A DNA stretch of 64,000 nt from Massalongia carnosa (taxonomy: Eukaryota), in the NCBI GenBank assembly GCA_965645245.1, contig OZ287071.1, forward strand, positions 1,922,001 to 1,986,000, in the 5' to 3' direction. The notes below the pieces were generated by a model. It was given only the letters and a program-made list of their open reading frames with translations. It made no database searches and was not told the origin of the DNA. The translations under genes were made by a program, and so were the position numbers. This document shows, piece by piece, positions 1 to 12,607 of the stretch. Numbering within the stretch: the stretch's first letter is position 1; each line of letters begins with the position of its first letter.

Positions 1-1634
1 TCAGCAATTTTACCAAGACAATTTAATAATGTGATAATTCGATATGATTTTGGAAACGAATAGTCCGATTTATTAGGTTTTTTCAGAACTGCACCGAGTC
101 CTGTCCGCCAGCATAACGGGTGATAACCGATTCGAATGAATTTCGAATAAATCATGAAAAACACGTTTTTCAACGATTGAAACGATTTTTGAACAATTGT
201 AAAATTGATTGCATCAGGTCCACATGCTTTCTTCGGATTAAATAAACTAATCGCATTTTTCAACTCGTTTTCGGTCAAATCTGGCCAATTATCATCATTT
301 ACGCTGTCTTGATTTGATAAATCTTCCTCATTATCGTCAATAAATGGGTTTTTTGTATACATTGCTGACACAAATGCATCGCATTTGTCACCAAACTGAA
401 CATTTAGCTTGTTTTCATGTAGAATCGGCGGTATTTTTTCGAATATTCGCGGTTTAGTGTATTTATACGCGGTAAATACATCTTTATTTGCTGCATTTTC
501 AAGAAAAGTCAACCATGTTTGTTGTTTTGATTTTCGAATTGCATGAAAATACTCGATTCGACTATGTTTAAACGTCCGATGACTAAAATCGGACGGATAA
601 TTCTTCCATTCTCGACGATGTCTGCACATGGTTTTTCGAAGTTCAGTTAAATCTTTCGACCACCAATTTTTCGATTTTGCACAAATTTTCGTTTTCGGAA
701 TAAACATTTCAGCCGCGTTTTTGATAACGTTTTGCAAATATATCGCTGATTCGTCGAATTGATGATTATTCAATAAACTTTGAACTTGTGATTCGTAGAT
801 GGTTGAATTTTCGTCTAGATACTTCGCGAATTTATTCCAATCAGCTTTATTGCAATTGTATTTATTCGATAATGCGGTTGCATGTGACGTCAAGTTTTTG
901 AAAGATGTCATTAGTTCAAATCGGATGACTTCATGATCAGAACCTATGACTGCGTTTTCATCGATTGACCAATTTGTAATTGCATTTTCGATTTTAGAAT
1001 TTGCAAAAGTTAAATCAATAACAGATGAAGAACTTCCAGAATGGGCGTAGTATGTACATAAGTCAGGTGTGTTTATCAAGCTACACCTGTTTAATTTCAA
1101 CCATTTGACAAGATTTTCTGATCGAATTGCTTGTTGAATTTTCGAATTCCACCAGTTATGATGTGCATTGAAATCTCCACAGATGACGAATTGATCAGTT
1201 GATTTTGGTTGTAATTGGATTAAAAGTCGATCGATCGTGTATGTTTCTCGATGACTTTGACTTTTTTCGTTATAAATATTGAAAATCTGCACTTTTCGAA
1301 CTTCATAAATTGTAATTTCAATAATTTGCATATCGGAATCGTCAATAAGATCCGTTCTAGGCGTGCATTGCAGTTTGGAATTGCCATTTGTGACAAATAT
1401 AGCTACTCTCGAGCGATAAGTCGCTATTTTTGGCATAATACATGTAAATGAGGGATTTGATATTGTTTTTTGATCTCGTGTCCATGGTTCCTGAAACAAA
1501 ACAATATCAATTTGATTTGATAAAGCATATTCCAAACACGATATCATTGCATTCGTTGACTTTGCACAATTATGTTGAATAAATTTAACATTTTGTGTAT
1601 TTTCGATGTTTGTCAACGAATCCTGTCCTGCCAT
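1..1634 (-). CDS. LINE ORF2, N-terminal part (APE endonuclease and start of RT), runs off the window edge
   Basis: ATG at 1634 overlaps the ORF1 stop (TAATG). Sequence matches the 925-aa ORF at 23835-26612 (QHNCAKS, GDFNAHH, IDLTF, SDH motifs). Confidence 0.88.
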   Translation of the reverse strand, partial: MAGQDSLTNIENTQNVKFIQHNCAKSTNAMISCLEYALSNQIDIVLFQEPWTRDQKTISNPSFTCIMPKIATYRSRVAIFVTNGNSKLQCTPRTDLIDDSDMQIIEITIYEVRKVQIFNIYNEKSQSHRETYTIDRLLIQLQPKSTDQFVICGDFNAHHNWWNSKIQQAIRSENLVKWLKLNRCSLINTPDLCTYYAHSGSSSSVIDLTFANSKIENAITNWSIDENAVIGSDHEVIRFELMTSFKNLTSHATALSNKYNCNKADWNKFAKYLDENSTIYESQVQSLLNNHQFDESAIYLQNVIKNAAEMFIPKTKICAKSKNWWSKDLTELRKTMCRHRREWKNYPSDFSHRTFKHSRIEYFHAIRKSKQQTWLTFLENAANKDVFTAYKYTKPRIFEKIPPILHENKLNVQFGDKCDAFVSAMYTKNPFIDDNEEDLSNQDSVNDDNWPDLTENELKNAISLFNPKKACGPDAINFTIVQKSFQSLKNVFFMIYSKFIRIGYHPLCWRTGLGAVLKKPNKSDYSFPKSYRIITLLNCLGKIA

Positions 1635-3202
1635 TACAAAGCGGCTAATTCGTCGGTCGATTTTCGAACATTTAACGATATAACCATTTCACAATTTTCA
1701 TCATTGGATTGATGATTCTTATTGCAATTCGCGCATTTGACGACGGCGTGTGCACAAGCAATTTTTGACTTGCATGTTGTGCATTCATGATTGCGTGTTT
1801 CATGGTTTTGCGCACATATGCTGCATTTCGCTTGACTTTTGCATTGATAATGCTTGTGTCCAAATTTTTGACAATTAATGCATTGTGTGTTTGGACGAAC
1901 GGAGGTAAATATTTCCGTGTCACAATGTCGGCCCGCGATATTGACTCCTTTTAACGCGTTCAAGGCCATATTTCGATCATTGAATGTCAAAACAACGGAT
2001 GATTTGATCTTGTTATGACGATCACGTGCTAGCCATCTGGGAACATCGCATAATTGCATGTTCGAATTGAACTTTTGAATTTCGTCTTGCAAATATTGCA
2101 TGTTTTCATCAAATGTTGCAATATTTACACCGTGTGCGACGACTTTGAACCACGATTCTTCCTTTCGAACTGTTCGTGGGTCGAATAAATGCTCCCATAT
2201 TGATTTATTGTTCAATAAATCTTCAGCAGTGTTATCAGGACTAGTAGTCAGAACGATGTTTTGACCCGTTTTGGACTTTTCGACCGTGTTAACAACGATA
2301 GTCAATTTCGCGTCTTTAAAAAGCGAATTGATTTGGTTTCGAAGCAACAGTGAATCGATATCGCCGATTTGAGCTTTCGGTGTGATTATCAATCGTCGAG
2401 ATTTGATCGCCTTGAAATCGTCAGTATTATCGAATTTGTTCGCATTCGAATTATTGTTGTTGTTCTTGTTTGTTTTTTTGGATCGAGGAACGGTAGTCCA
2501 ATTTTCGGAATTGACAGTCGCTTTTCCGAGCATTTGGCTCCATGTTCTAGCTGTATCGTTGACCTGCGGCCCTGGGACTCCGGCGGTTTCGCTACGAATT
2601 TCTGGGTTGACGTTTTGAGTCAAATTCGAATTTCCATTTGAATTTCCCTTCGATTTTGTCTGTATAGGATGCACCGATTGTCTCTTTGTTTCTGGAATTT
2701 GGCTAGTTTGTTCTAGCACCCTATTCAATTTCCAATCAATCATTTCTAACGTTGCTTTTGGCTTGATCGATTTCTTTGCCAGTAGAGAATTGACGTGATC
2801 GATGACCATAGCCGTTTCGGGGTTTTGATCTATTACGAATGACTCTAATAATGCATTTTTTGCCGTATTCAATAGTTGAATCGATTTTGATCGATTGATG
2901 ACTTCTTGACTCTCAATCGAATGTTCGTCAAATGTTCGTCTTTTGTTGCGTTTAATTGGTGGACTCAGTCGAATATCAGAATTCAATGATGGCATGGGCA
3001 GATTGGTACTGAATTCACCAGATGGCGCGACAAAAGGTTTCGTTTTTGGGGTGGGTGTGGACGGTGCGGACGAAAATTCTCGCGTTTGGTCCATGGCCTC
3101 CGTGGATTCTACGGTTAGGGGGTTGCTCCGAATTATCGCTACCGAAGATGGCGTGGGGGAGTCGGTTCGGGGGGGCACGGGGGAGTACTCGGGGGGACCC
3201 AT
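1634..3202 (-). CDS. LINE ORF1 (gag-like nucleic-acid-binding protein, three C-terminal Cys/His knuckles)
   Basis: 522-aa ORF with CINCQKFGHKHYQC, CSICAQNHETRNHEC and CANCNKNHQSNDENC and a Pro-rich N-terminus. The ancestral ATG is probably at 3291 (see findings). Confidence 0.9.
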   Translation of the reverse strand: MGPPEYSPVPPRTDSPTPSSVAIIRSNPLTVESTEAMDQTREFSSAPSTPTPKTKPFVAPSGEFSTNLPMPSLNSDIRLSPPIKRNKRRTFDEHSIESQEVINRSKSIQLLNTAKNALLESFVIDQNPETAMVIDHVNSLLAKKSIKPKATLEMIDWKLNRVLEQTSQIPETKRQSVHPIQTKSKGNSNGNSNLTQNVNPEIRSETAGVPGPQVNDTARTWSQMLGKATVNSENWTTVPRSKKTNKNNNNNSNANKFDNTDDFKAIKSRRLIITPKAQIGDIDSLLLRNQINSLFKDAKLTIVVNTVEKSKTGQNIVLTTSPDNTAEDLLNNKSIWEHLFDPRTVRKEESWFKVVAHGVNIATFDENMQYLQDEIQKFNSNMQLCDVPRWLARDRHNKIKSSVVLTFNDRNMALNALKGVNIAGRHCDTEIFTSVRPNTQCINCQKFGHKHYQCKSQAKCSICAQNHETRNHECTTCKSKIACAHAVVKCANCNKNHQSNDENCEMVISLNVRKSTDELAAL

Positions 3203-3291
3203 AGATGTTGTGGAGGGGGGCCTGGGGGAGGAGTTGTTGGTATCAATCGATTTGGTCTATGACCTATCGGGTTAAATCTTCGATTGAGCAT

Positions 3292-4227
3292 AGTGTTTTT
3301 GCCTTTGCAATATCCCTTTTATCGCCACCAAATAATTTATTCTGACTTTCCCCGGACGTACTAGTCAGAATAGAATTTACACCTGTTTGTTTACTGGTCA
3401 AATGACTCTTTCTTTCCTATCCCTATTTATTTGACTATAACGCGTCAAATAAATCCTAATCGGGTTAAAATAGACCGTTCCTCGCTAAGGCAGTAAGTCT
3501 TATTTAACCCTTTACCAGACACTACAATAGGTGAAAATAATGAAAGTTTTTTTTTTGCTTTTTTCAATAAAGATAAATTTTAATGCAATGTAAGACAATA
3601 GGAGACTTCCTATTCTGATTAATCTGAAACAGGACCTTTGGTATAATCCTATTCCAGACGTTTTTCCCCTTCTTTTCAGTGATCTGTTGACCGGGCGTTC
3701 AACGAAGATCTATAAAGCCGAAAATGGAATGTGCAAAAATTATACGTGAAATATGCTATGAAAATTTGTGCTTGCGGAAGTTCCCGTAACCTTAAATGAG
3801 GAATGAACTTTAGAAGACTCTGACGTCGCGACAGTTGTTGTACAGTCCCGCGAGAGTAGATAATTTTTGTAGATAATTTTTATAGTAATAATTGAAGGTC
3901 ATGCGACAACAGAACAGAAGAAAACAAGAAAAAAGAGCGATTTTTGGTCAGGTTGTTGGTATTTGTTGTTTTTTCCAACTTCTAGAGCGCGCTTTATCAC
4001 GTCGGTCGCGTGCGACCAGCAGAAAAACTCTGCTGGAGCTTTGCTAGAGCTCTCCTACACTCAATCTGTGAGCGTTTTAACTCTGGAGGAGCGCAAATGA
4101 CTGAGAAATAGAGGCTCAATTGACTGTTAAAGTTATAGTGTATCAAAAGTTGCGGTACTTGTGTTTCTTGTTGTTCAGGCGTGGGATGGAGGCGTTTTCC
4201 CGCGGACAGGACTCGGTATTGGTAGGC
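3292..4227 (-). promoter_or_regulatory. LINE 5'UTR / presumed internal promoter with conserved hairpins
   Basis: Homologous blocks precede ORF1 in A2, C, B3 and Y. Inverted repeats at 3338-3372, 3426-3453 and 3462-3510. Confidence 0.7.
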
Positions 4228-6026
4228 TCGAATTTTATCGAATATGTGTTTGGAATTCTTTGATAAATAGGGTTATTTTCTGCAATCTTCAATAATCGAA
4301 TTGCGTATTTTTGATTTTTCATTAATAATCGAAGTTTAACTGGTAAAACATGTGATTCAATTTCCATCGCCTGAACAGGTGTGGTTTTGAAAGTTCCTAA
4401 AATCTTTCGAATGATTTGATTTTCTAGGTTCTGAAATAGTTTTTCATATTTCTTTTGACCATTATACCAAATTTCTGAGCCGTAGTCCGAAATAGGAATA
4501 ATGCATGACATATAGAGCTGTCTGCATGCGGTCGGTTTCAGACCCCATTCGGATTTCATCAAATTCTGAATTGCAAAAAACGATCGATTCGCAGAAGCGA
4601 TCCGCGTTTCGACGTGTTTTTTGAAATTTAGTTTTCGGTCTAACCAGACGCCCAACCATTTGACTACATTTTTCGGTTCTAGTACTGTCCCGTTTGGTAA
4701 TTCCAATGTGTCTTTCGATACATTTCTTGTCTTTTCGAAGTGAATCAGCTCGGATTTATCGTCAACAAATTTGACATTATTCGATACGGCCCAATCAAAG
4801 GCCGTTTCGACTATGATTTCGATTTCTTTGCAATTCTGTTTTGCAGTTATATTTTCGACATATATTGCAACATCGTCAATAAAACTGGGAGAATGTGCAT
4901 TGAATTTCATTCGTATTTTCGGAAACAAGTGACGAATGTAAATCAGAAATAGAATAGGCGAGATTGGTGAGCCTTGTGGAATTCCTGATTTGACATAATA
5001 TGTTTTGCTTAAATTTTCATCAAATATCAATTTGATCGATCGTTTTGTCATGAAATGCTTGACCCATTGAATTATTATGCGAGAAAATTTCAGCTTTTTC
5101 ATAACATTTAGCAGTTGATTAATCGAGACAAAGTCAAATGCGCCTTTGACATCGAGTAATAGACATGATAAGACGTTTTTATTTCTATTTGCAATTTCTA
5201 TATCATGAACAACGTTTATTACTGCGTCAATTGCAGAATGATTTTTGCGTCCGCCCATCTGTTCGATATCGAGTAAATTCGAATTTTCGCCGAAGTAGGC
5301 TAGTCGATTTGCAACGATTTTCTCAGCAATTTTACCAAGACAATTTAGTAATGTGATAATTCGATATGATTTTGGAAACGAATAGTCTGATTTATTAGGT
5401 TTTTTCAGAACTGCACCGAGTCCTGGTCGCCCGCATTACGGGTGATAACCGATTCTAATGAATTTCGAATAAATCATGAAAAACACGTTTTTCAACTATT
5501 GAAACGATTTTTGAACAATTATAAAATTGATTGCATCAGGTCCACATGCTTTCTTTGGATTAAATTAACTAATCGCATTTTTCAACTCGTTTTCGGTCAA
5601 GTCTGGCCAATTATCATCATTTTCGCTGTCTTGATTTGATAATCTTCCTCATTATTGTCAATAAATCGGTTTTTTGTATATATTTCTGACACAAATGCAT
5701 CGCATTTGTCATTAAACTGAACATTTAGCTTGTTTTCATGTAGAATCGGCGGTATTTTTTCGAATATGCGCGGTTTAGTGTATTTATACGCGGTAAATAC
5801 ATCTTTATTTGCTGCATTTTCTAGAAAAGTCAACCATGTTTGTTGTTTTGCTTTTCGAATTGCATGAAAATACTCGATTCGACTATGTTTAAACGTCCGA
5901 TGACTAAAATCGGAGGGATAATTCTTCTATTCTTGACGATGTCTGCACATGGTTTTTCGAAGTTCAGTTAAATCTTGCGACTACCAATTTTTCGATTTTG
6001 CACAAATTTTCGTTTTCGGAATAAAC
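4228..6026 (-). pseudogene. Central ORF2 (RT) fragment of degenerate A-type LINE X
   Basis: RT motifs LLDVKGAFD, QGSPISP and SFIDD with stops and frameshifts. Continues at 14257 after the TSD. Confidence 0.9.
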
Positions 6027-6258
6027 TATTTTTTTTATTTATTCATTAAGTGTATTCAACCTAAGGTTATGACACTAAACTATTTTAAGATATGGTTTTA
6101 TGTTACAAATAAATCAACCCTTTATAACCCAACTATCTATCGTCAATATTGCCCCGTTTTTACTCCGTGTTAGTAACAACCTTTAGTAATCGAAATATCG
6201 ATTTTACAATTTGTTTTTGTAAAGCTCGTAAATATTCCAGCATAAATCATTTCTAATT

Positions 6259-9200
6259 TTACCGTTCGATCTCTCCCCAACCTCCCGTTTCGATATTTTC
6301 GTCATCGAGCTGACCTAGCATCCATTTTCTAGTCGCGATTTTGTTATCAACAATATATTTAATCAAAATATTATTTCCGATCCTAGTATTAAACAACATT
6401 TTTAAAGTAATTGTGGTATCGATATTTTGTTTCATGTTTAGGATTTCATTTGAATAATGTATGCAATTCATCAATAAGTGTTCTGGCGTTTGACGTTCGT
6501 TGCAGCGCCCTGTGCATTTTGACGAATTATAATCTTTCAATCGGTGCAGATATGATCGAAAATAACCGTGTCCGAATTTCATTTGCATAATAGTCGCAAA
6601 TATTAATTTCGAACAATTATTCGACAGATAATAAAAACTCGATTTGCCCGGCTGCATTTCGAATTTCTCATAGTATTTGCCTTTTGACTTGCATTGTTGC
6701 CATTGATTCTCCCATGTGGCTAACATATTTCGATTTATTTGACCCTTTACATAATCAAATGTTATTATCGAAGACTCGACTAGGATTTGACTATGTCCCG
6801 CTTTTGCTGCTTTATCTGCAATTTCATTTTCGACGATTTTCGAATGACTAGGAATCCATTGTAGAACCACCTGATAATTGTTTTCGAATAAGTATTTCGA
6901 GAATTTTCGAATTTGTTTTGCGTAAGTATGATTTGTCAAGTTCTGAATTTCGTTTATCGCGTTTATGCTATCGGAAAAAATCCAAATCGTTTTTTCCAAA
7001 TTGAAGAGAATATTCGCAATTGTCAATTTGTATGCCCATTTTATTGCTTGTAGTATCGCATAGAGTTCAGCGTTTTTAACGCTTGACTGTTTGTTTAATT
7101 TCCAGCTTTTCGAAATCGTATGATGTTTGAGGAGACAATCTTTTTCGATAAAACGATTGAAGTTATCGGTGAAATTGTTCCAATTTCGCATAATTGGTGC
7201 AAATGTGACAGCGGAAGTTGAAAACTCGGTTTTTGATCCATCGGTATAGAGTAACATTCGCGATTTATCGGCGTTTATTGATTGGATTTTTGATAAAGTC
7301 GAATAATAACTTGACTTTGCTGTTTCTTTGGATCTTTCGATTTGGAACTTGATTTTACAAGACGGCTTCCATGGTTTGATGAAATTATTTACTGATTCGA
7401 ATTCATCAGTTTTGTGAACTATATCCGAAACGGAATGAAGAATACGGATAAGCTGACTAGGATGAGGTTTACTCGATTTTTTCTCGTCTTCGTTCCATTC
7501 AGCATATCTGTTGTTCCATAAACTAGTGTCAAAACCGATGTTTTCGAATTTCACAGAATAGGTACTGGGAATTCTTTGACAAATAGGATTATTTTCGGCA
7601 ATCTTCAATAATCGAATTGCGTATTTTTGATTTTTCATCAACAATCGTAGCTTGGCTGGTAAAATATGCGATTCAATTTCCATCGCCTGAACAGGCGTGG
7701 TTTTGAATGTGCCTAAAATCTTTCGAATCATTCGATTTTGCAGATTCTGAAATAGCTTTTCATATTTCTTTTGACCGTTATACCAAATTTCTGAGCCATA
7801 GTCCGAAATAGGAATAATGCATGACAAATAGAGCTGTCTGCATTCAGTTGGCTTTAGTCCCCATTCAGACTTCATAAAATTTTGAATTGCGAAAAACGAT
7901 CGATTTGCAGAAGCAATTCGCGTTTCGACGTGTTTTTGTAATTTAGTTTTCGGTCTAACCAGACTCCTAACCATTTGACAGAATTTTTCGGTTCTAGTAT
8001 TGTCCCGTTTGGTAATTGCACTTTGTCTTTTGATGCATTTCTTGACTTTTCGAAGTGAATCAACTCAGATTTGTCGTCATCAAATTTGACATTATTCGTT
8101 GCGGCCCAATCAAAAGCTGTTTTGACGATAATTTCGATTTCTTTGCAATTCTGTGTGGCAGTTTTATTTTCGACATATATTGCAACATCGTCTATAAAGC
8201 TAGGTGAATGAGCATTGAATTTCATTCGTATTTTCGGAAATAAGTAACGAATATAAATCAGAAATAGAATTGGCGAAATTGGTGAACCTTGTGGAATTCC
8301 AGATTCGATATAGTACGTTTTGCTTTTGTGTTCATCGAATATCAAATTGATCGATCGTTTTGTCATAAAATGCTTGACCCATTGAATAACTATGCGAGAT
8401 AAATGCAGCTTTTTCATGACATTTAGCAATTGATTAATCGAAACAAAGTCAAATGCTCCTTTGACATCGAGTAATAGACATGATAAAACGTTTTTGTTTC
8501 GGTTTGCGATTTCGATATCATGAACGACGTTCATTACCGCATCGATTGCAGAATGATTTTTCCGTCCGCCCATTTGTTCGGTATCTAACAAGCTCGAATT
8601 TTCGCCGAGGTAGGCTAGTCGATTAGCAACTATTTTCTCCGCAATTTTACCAAGACAATTCAGTAAGGTAATAATTCGATATGATTTTGGCAGCGAGTAG
8701 TCTGGTTTATTAGGTTTTTTTAAAACAGCACCGAGTCCTGTTCGCCAACATAACGGGTGAAAACCGATTTGTATAAACTTAGAATAAATAGTAAAAAACA
8801 CGTTTTTCAATGGTTGAATCGATTTTTGAATTATTGTGAAATTGATTGCATCAGGTCCACATGATTTCTTTGGATTAAACAAACTAATCGCATTTTGCAA
8901 TTCATTTTCGGTTAAATTCGGCCAATTGTTGTCATTTTCGTTGTCTTGATTCGTTAAATCTTCAATATTATCATCCGTGAACGGGTTTTTTGTGTACATT
9001 GCTGACACAAACGCATCGCATTTGTGATCGAATTGAACATTTAACTTATTTTCATATTGAATAGGTGGTATTTTTTCGAACATGCGCGGTTTAGTGTATT
9101 TATAAGCTGTAAATACGTCTTTATTCGCTGCGTTTTCGAGGAAAGCCAACCAAGTTTGCTGTTTCGCTTTTCGAATTGCATGAAAGTACTCGATTCGAAT

Positions 9201-10270
9201 ATGTCTAAATGTTTGATGACTAAAATAGGACGGATTATTCTTCCATTCTCGACGATGTCTACACATGATTTTTCGAAGTCCGGATAAATCTTGCGACCAC
9301 CAATTTTTCGATTTTGCGCATATTTTTGTCTTCGGAATAAACATTTCAGCCGCGTTTTTGATAACGTTTTGCAAATATAACGCTGATTCATCAAATTGAT
9401 AATTGTTCAATAGACTTTGTATTTGGGACTCGTAGTTTACTGCATTTTCGTCTAGAAACTTCGCGAATTTATCCCAATCGGCTTTATTGCAGTTGTATTT
9501 ATTCGATAATGCGGTTGCGTGTGACGTCAAGTTCTTGAAAGACGCGATAAGTTCAAATCGAATAACTTCATGATCTGAACCCGTGACTGCGTTTTCATCG
9601 ATTGACCAATTTGTAATTGCGTTTTCGATTTTAGAATTTGCAAATGTTAAATCAATAATATATGAAGAGTTTCCTGAATGAGCAAAAAATGTATATAGAT
9701 CAGGCGTATTTATCAAACTACATTTGTTTAATTTTAACCATTTGACTAGATTTTCTGATCGAATTGCATTTTGAATCTTCGAATTCCACCAGCTATGATG
9801 TGCATTGAAATCTCCACATATGACAAATTGATCAGTTGATATAGGTTGATATTTAACTAAAAGTCGATCGATTGTATATGTTTCTCGATCGTTTAGACTT
9901 TTTTCATTGTAAAGGTTAAAGATCTGCACTTTTCGAACTTCATCAATTGTAATTTCGATAATTTGCAGATCAGTATCGTTTATAAGATCCGTTCTAGGCG
10001 TTCATTGCAATTTTGGATTGCATTTTGTAACGAATATAGCTACTCTCGGCCGATAAGTCGCTATTTTCGGCATAATACATGTGAATGACGGATGGGAAAT
10101 TGTTTTTTGATCTCGCGTCCATGGTTCCTGAAATAAACAATATCAACACGATTTAATACTGCATATTCCAGACACGAAATCATTGCATTCGTTGACTTTG
10201 CACAATTATGTTGAATAAATTTGACATTTTGTGTATTTTCGATATTTGTCAACGAATGTTGTCCCGCCAT
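6259..10270 (-). pseudogene. LINE B1 ORF2 (APE-RT-RNase H-CCHC), disrupted
   Basis: Pieces 10061-10270, 7872-9929 and 6259-7974. 1-nt deletions near 10135 and 7935 and a stop near 10001 relative to B3. Confidence 0.9.
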
Positions 10271-11806
10271 TAACCAAGCATTAATTCATCATTCGATTTT
10301 CTAGGATTTAGCGATATAAACATTTCGCAACCTATATCGTTCGATTGATGATTTTTGTTGCAATTGACGCATTTCAGAATTGCATGTGCGCATGCGATTT
10401 TAGACTTGCATGTTGTGCATTCATGATTATGCGTTTCATGACTTTGTGCGCATATATTGCATTTTGCCGGACTTTTGCATTGATAATGCTTATGTCCAAA
10501 TTTCTGACAATTAATACATTGCGTGTTTGGACGAACGGATGCAAATATTTCCGTGTCACAATGTCTACCCGCGATATTCACGCCTCTTAACGCGTTTGAC
10601 GCTTAATTTTGATTATTGAAAGTCAAAACTACCGACGACGTGACTTTGTTTTGACGATCCCGAGCAAGCCATCTTGGTAAATCGCATAGTTGCATATTCG
10701 AATTGTATTTTTCGATTTCGGTTTGCAAATATTGCATGTTATTATCGAATAACGAGATATTTACTCCGTGTGCTATGACTTTAAACCAGGATTCGTCTTT
10801 TCGAATTCTTTGTGATTCGAAAATGTGTTCCCATGAAGATTTATTTTTCAACAATTCTTCGGCATTGTTGTAAGGGCTAGTGGTGAGATCGATATTCTGA
10901 CCGGTTTTGGACTTTTCAACAGTATTGACGATGATGTTTAAATTTGCGTTTTTTAATAGCGCGTTAATTTCATCACGCAACTTCATAGAGTCGATTTGAG
11001 CGTCAGGATTTTTCGGTGAAATCACGAGTCGTCTGGCCTTGATTGCATCAAATCGATCGACTTTGTTCGAATTATGATTCGAACTTTTTCTTTGAATAGT
11101 AGTCCAATTTTCGGAGTTTTCGGTTGCTTTTCCAAGCATTTGACTCCATGTACCGGTTGTGCTAACATATTTACCAGAGACCCCGGTAGCTCCTTTGCGA
11201 ATGGTCTGATTTTCGATAATTGAATTTTCGTTCAATTTAACAACAGGTTTTTGGATTTTTGGACCATTCTGTAGTGGAGTCGTTTGTTGTTGTGACGTTT
11301 TTGAGGAAAGATGACTAGTTTGATCAAGTACTATGCCCATTTTATAGTTAATCATATCTAAGGATGTTTGTAAATTGATTGATTTTTTCGAAATCAACGA
11401 ATTAACGTTGTCAATTACGATAGCCGTTTGTGGATTTTGGTCCAGTACAAATGATTGCAATAATAATTTTGGCCGACTTTAGAAGCTCAATTGAATTTGC
11501 CCGATTGATCGCTTCTTGGCTATCTCTCGAATGTTCGTCAAATGTGCGTCTTTTATTTCGTTTGATTGGTGGGCTTGATCCAATGTTTAAGTTCAATGAA
11601 GGCATCGGCAAGATAGTGGAAAATGGACCCGATGGGAATTTCGTTGCCTTTGGTGTCGGTGTTGACGGGGCTGATGCATATTCGCGAGTTTGATCCATAG
11701 GTTCAAGACGGGGAGAGCTCCCTATCAACGCCACCGGAGATGGTCCGGGCGAGTGTCCGGGGGGGGCCGGGTAAGGGGTCGATAGGGGGGCGGGACTGGC
11801 TGGGGG
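10270..11806 (-). pseudogene. LINE B1 ORF1, 5'-truncated and disrupted
   Basis: Matches 58078-59606. Stop at 10603, frameshift near 11465. First ~15 codons and 5'UTR are replaced by passenger sequence at 11806/11807. Confidence 0.88.
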
Positions 11807-12607
11807 CTAAGAATGATAAAATTGAGTTGACATCTCTCTCCTTCGTGAAGTCTCTATCCCAGTTTTCGTTCATCTCACTGGTGCGTTTTACGGCCCAAGA
11901 TTATTGATGAATTCTACGATTGGGGTGAACGACGTCCCTTTCGCCCAGGTCAAACCCAGTTTACTCCTTAAGCATATATCAAGGGCGAGTCTAGCCGTAG
12001 CCCATGCGCCGGCGAACCGACGGGGTCTCGTTACGAGCGAGATAGACATTCCCTGCTCTATATACACCGACATGCGCATACTGTCCTCTCGGGCTATGCA
12101 GACGGTCTCCGTACGGTGGCCGCCATTGCATACCACGCCTCACGGGTTTTTTACGCCCACTTCGCGTTATTCATAAAGGTCTCCCGTTTATGAACCGACC
12201 ATGTCTCGCAGGGATTTCGATCACTATGCTCCTGACCAGGCAGTATAGTATCGATTTTCCGTCCCTACTAACCAAAACGAGTCGAGGACAACTCGGAGGG
12301 GTGCTCGTTTGAAATTCGTCTATTAGCTCAGGGCCTAGACTGTTATCAATTAACGGGTTCCTCGTATATTGCCCTCTTCTTGTCCCAAGGGTGTCCTATT
12401 TGATGACTAGGTTGCCTCCACCATCCCCGGTACGACTCCGGTTCGGGCCGTGTTGCTCACGGTAGCCATCAATCGGATGGTTTTCATAACCCAAATCCCT
12501 TGTATCGTGTAGGGTGTGACCCTACACTATGTGTCTATATGTTTTATTTCTTTCAGCCGGAGGGCTCCGTGTTGTAGACGAAGGAGACCCGTGTGACAGA
12601 CATAGCT

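Larger units (their letters stand above)
1..4227 (-). mobile_element. Tad1-like LINE, subfamily A, copy A1 (5'UTR, ORF1 and 5' half of ORF2; 3' part lies outside the window)
   Basis: Near-identical to 24979-29168 at constant offset 24978. Its 5' end abuts ORF2 of the older LINE X at ~4228. Confidence 0.93.

Noticed and set aside
1251..3275. Recurrent short plus-strand ORFs (66-110 aa), here and in other copies
   Set aside because: Antisense shadows of LINE ORFs, repeated only because the elements are repeated.
3462..3510. HDV-like ribozyme in the LINE 5'UTR (TTCCTCG)
   Set aside because: The motif is antisense to the LINE and P3/P1.1 pairings cannot be built.
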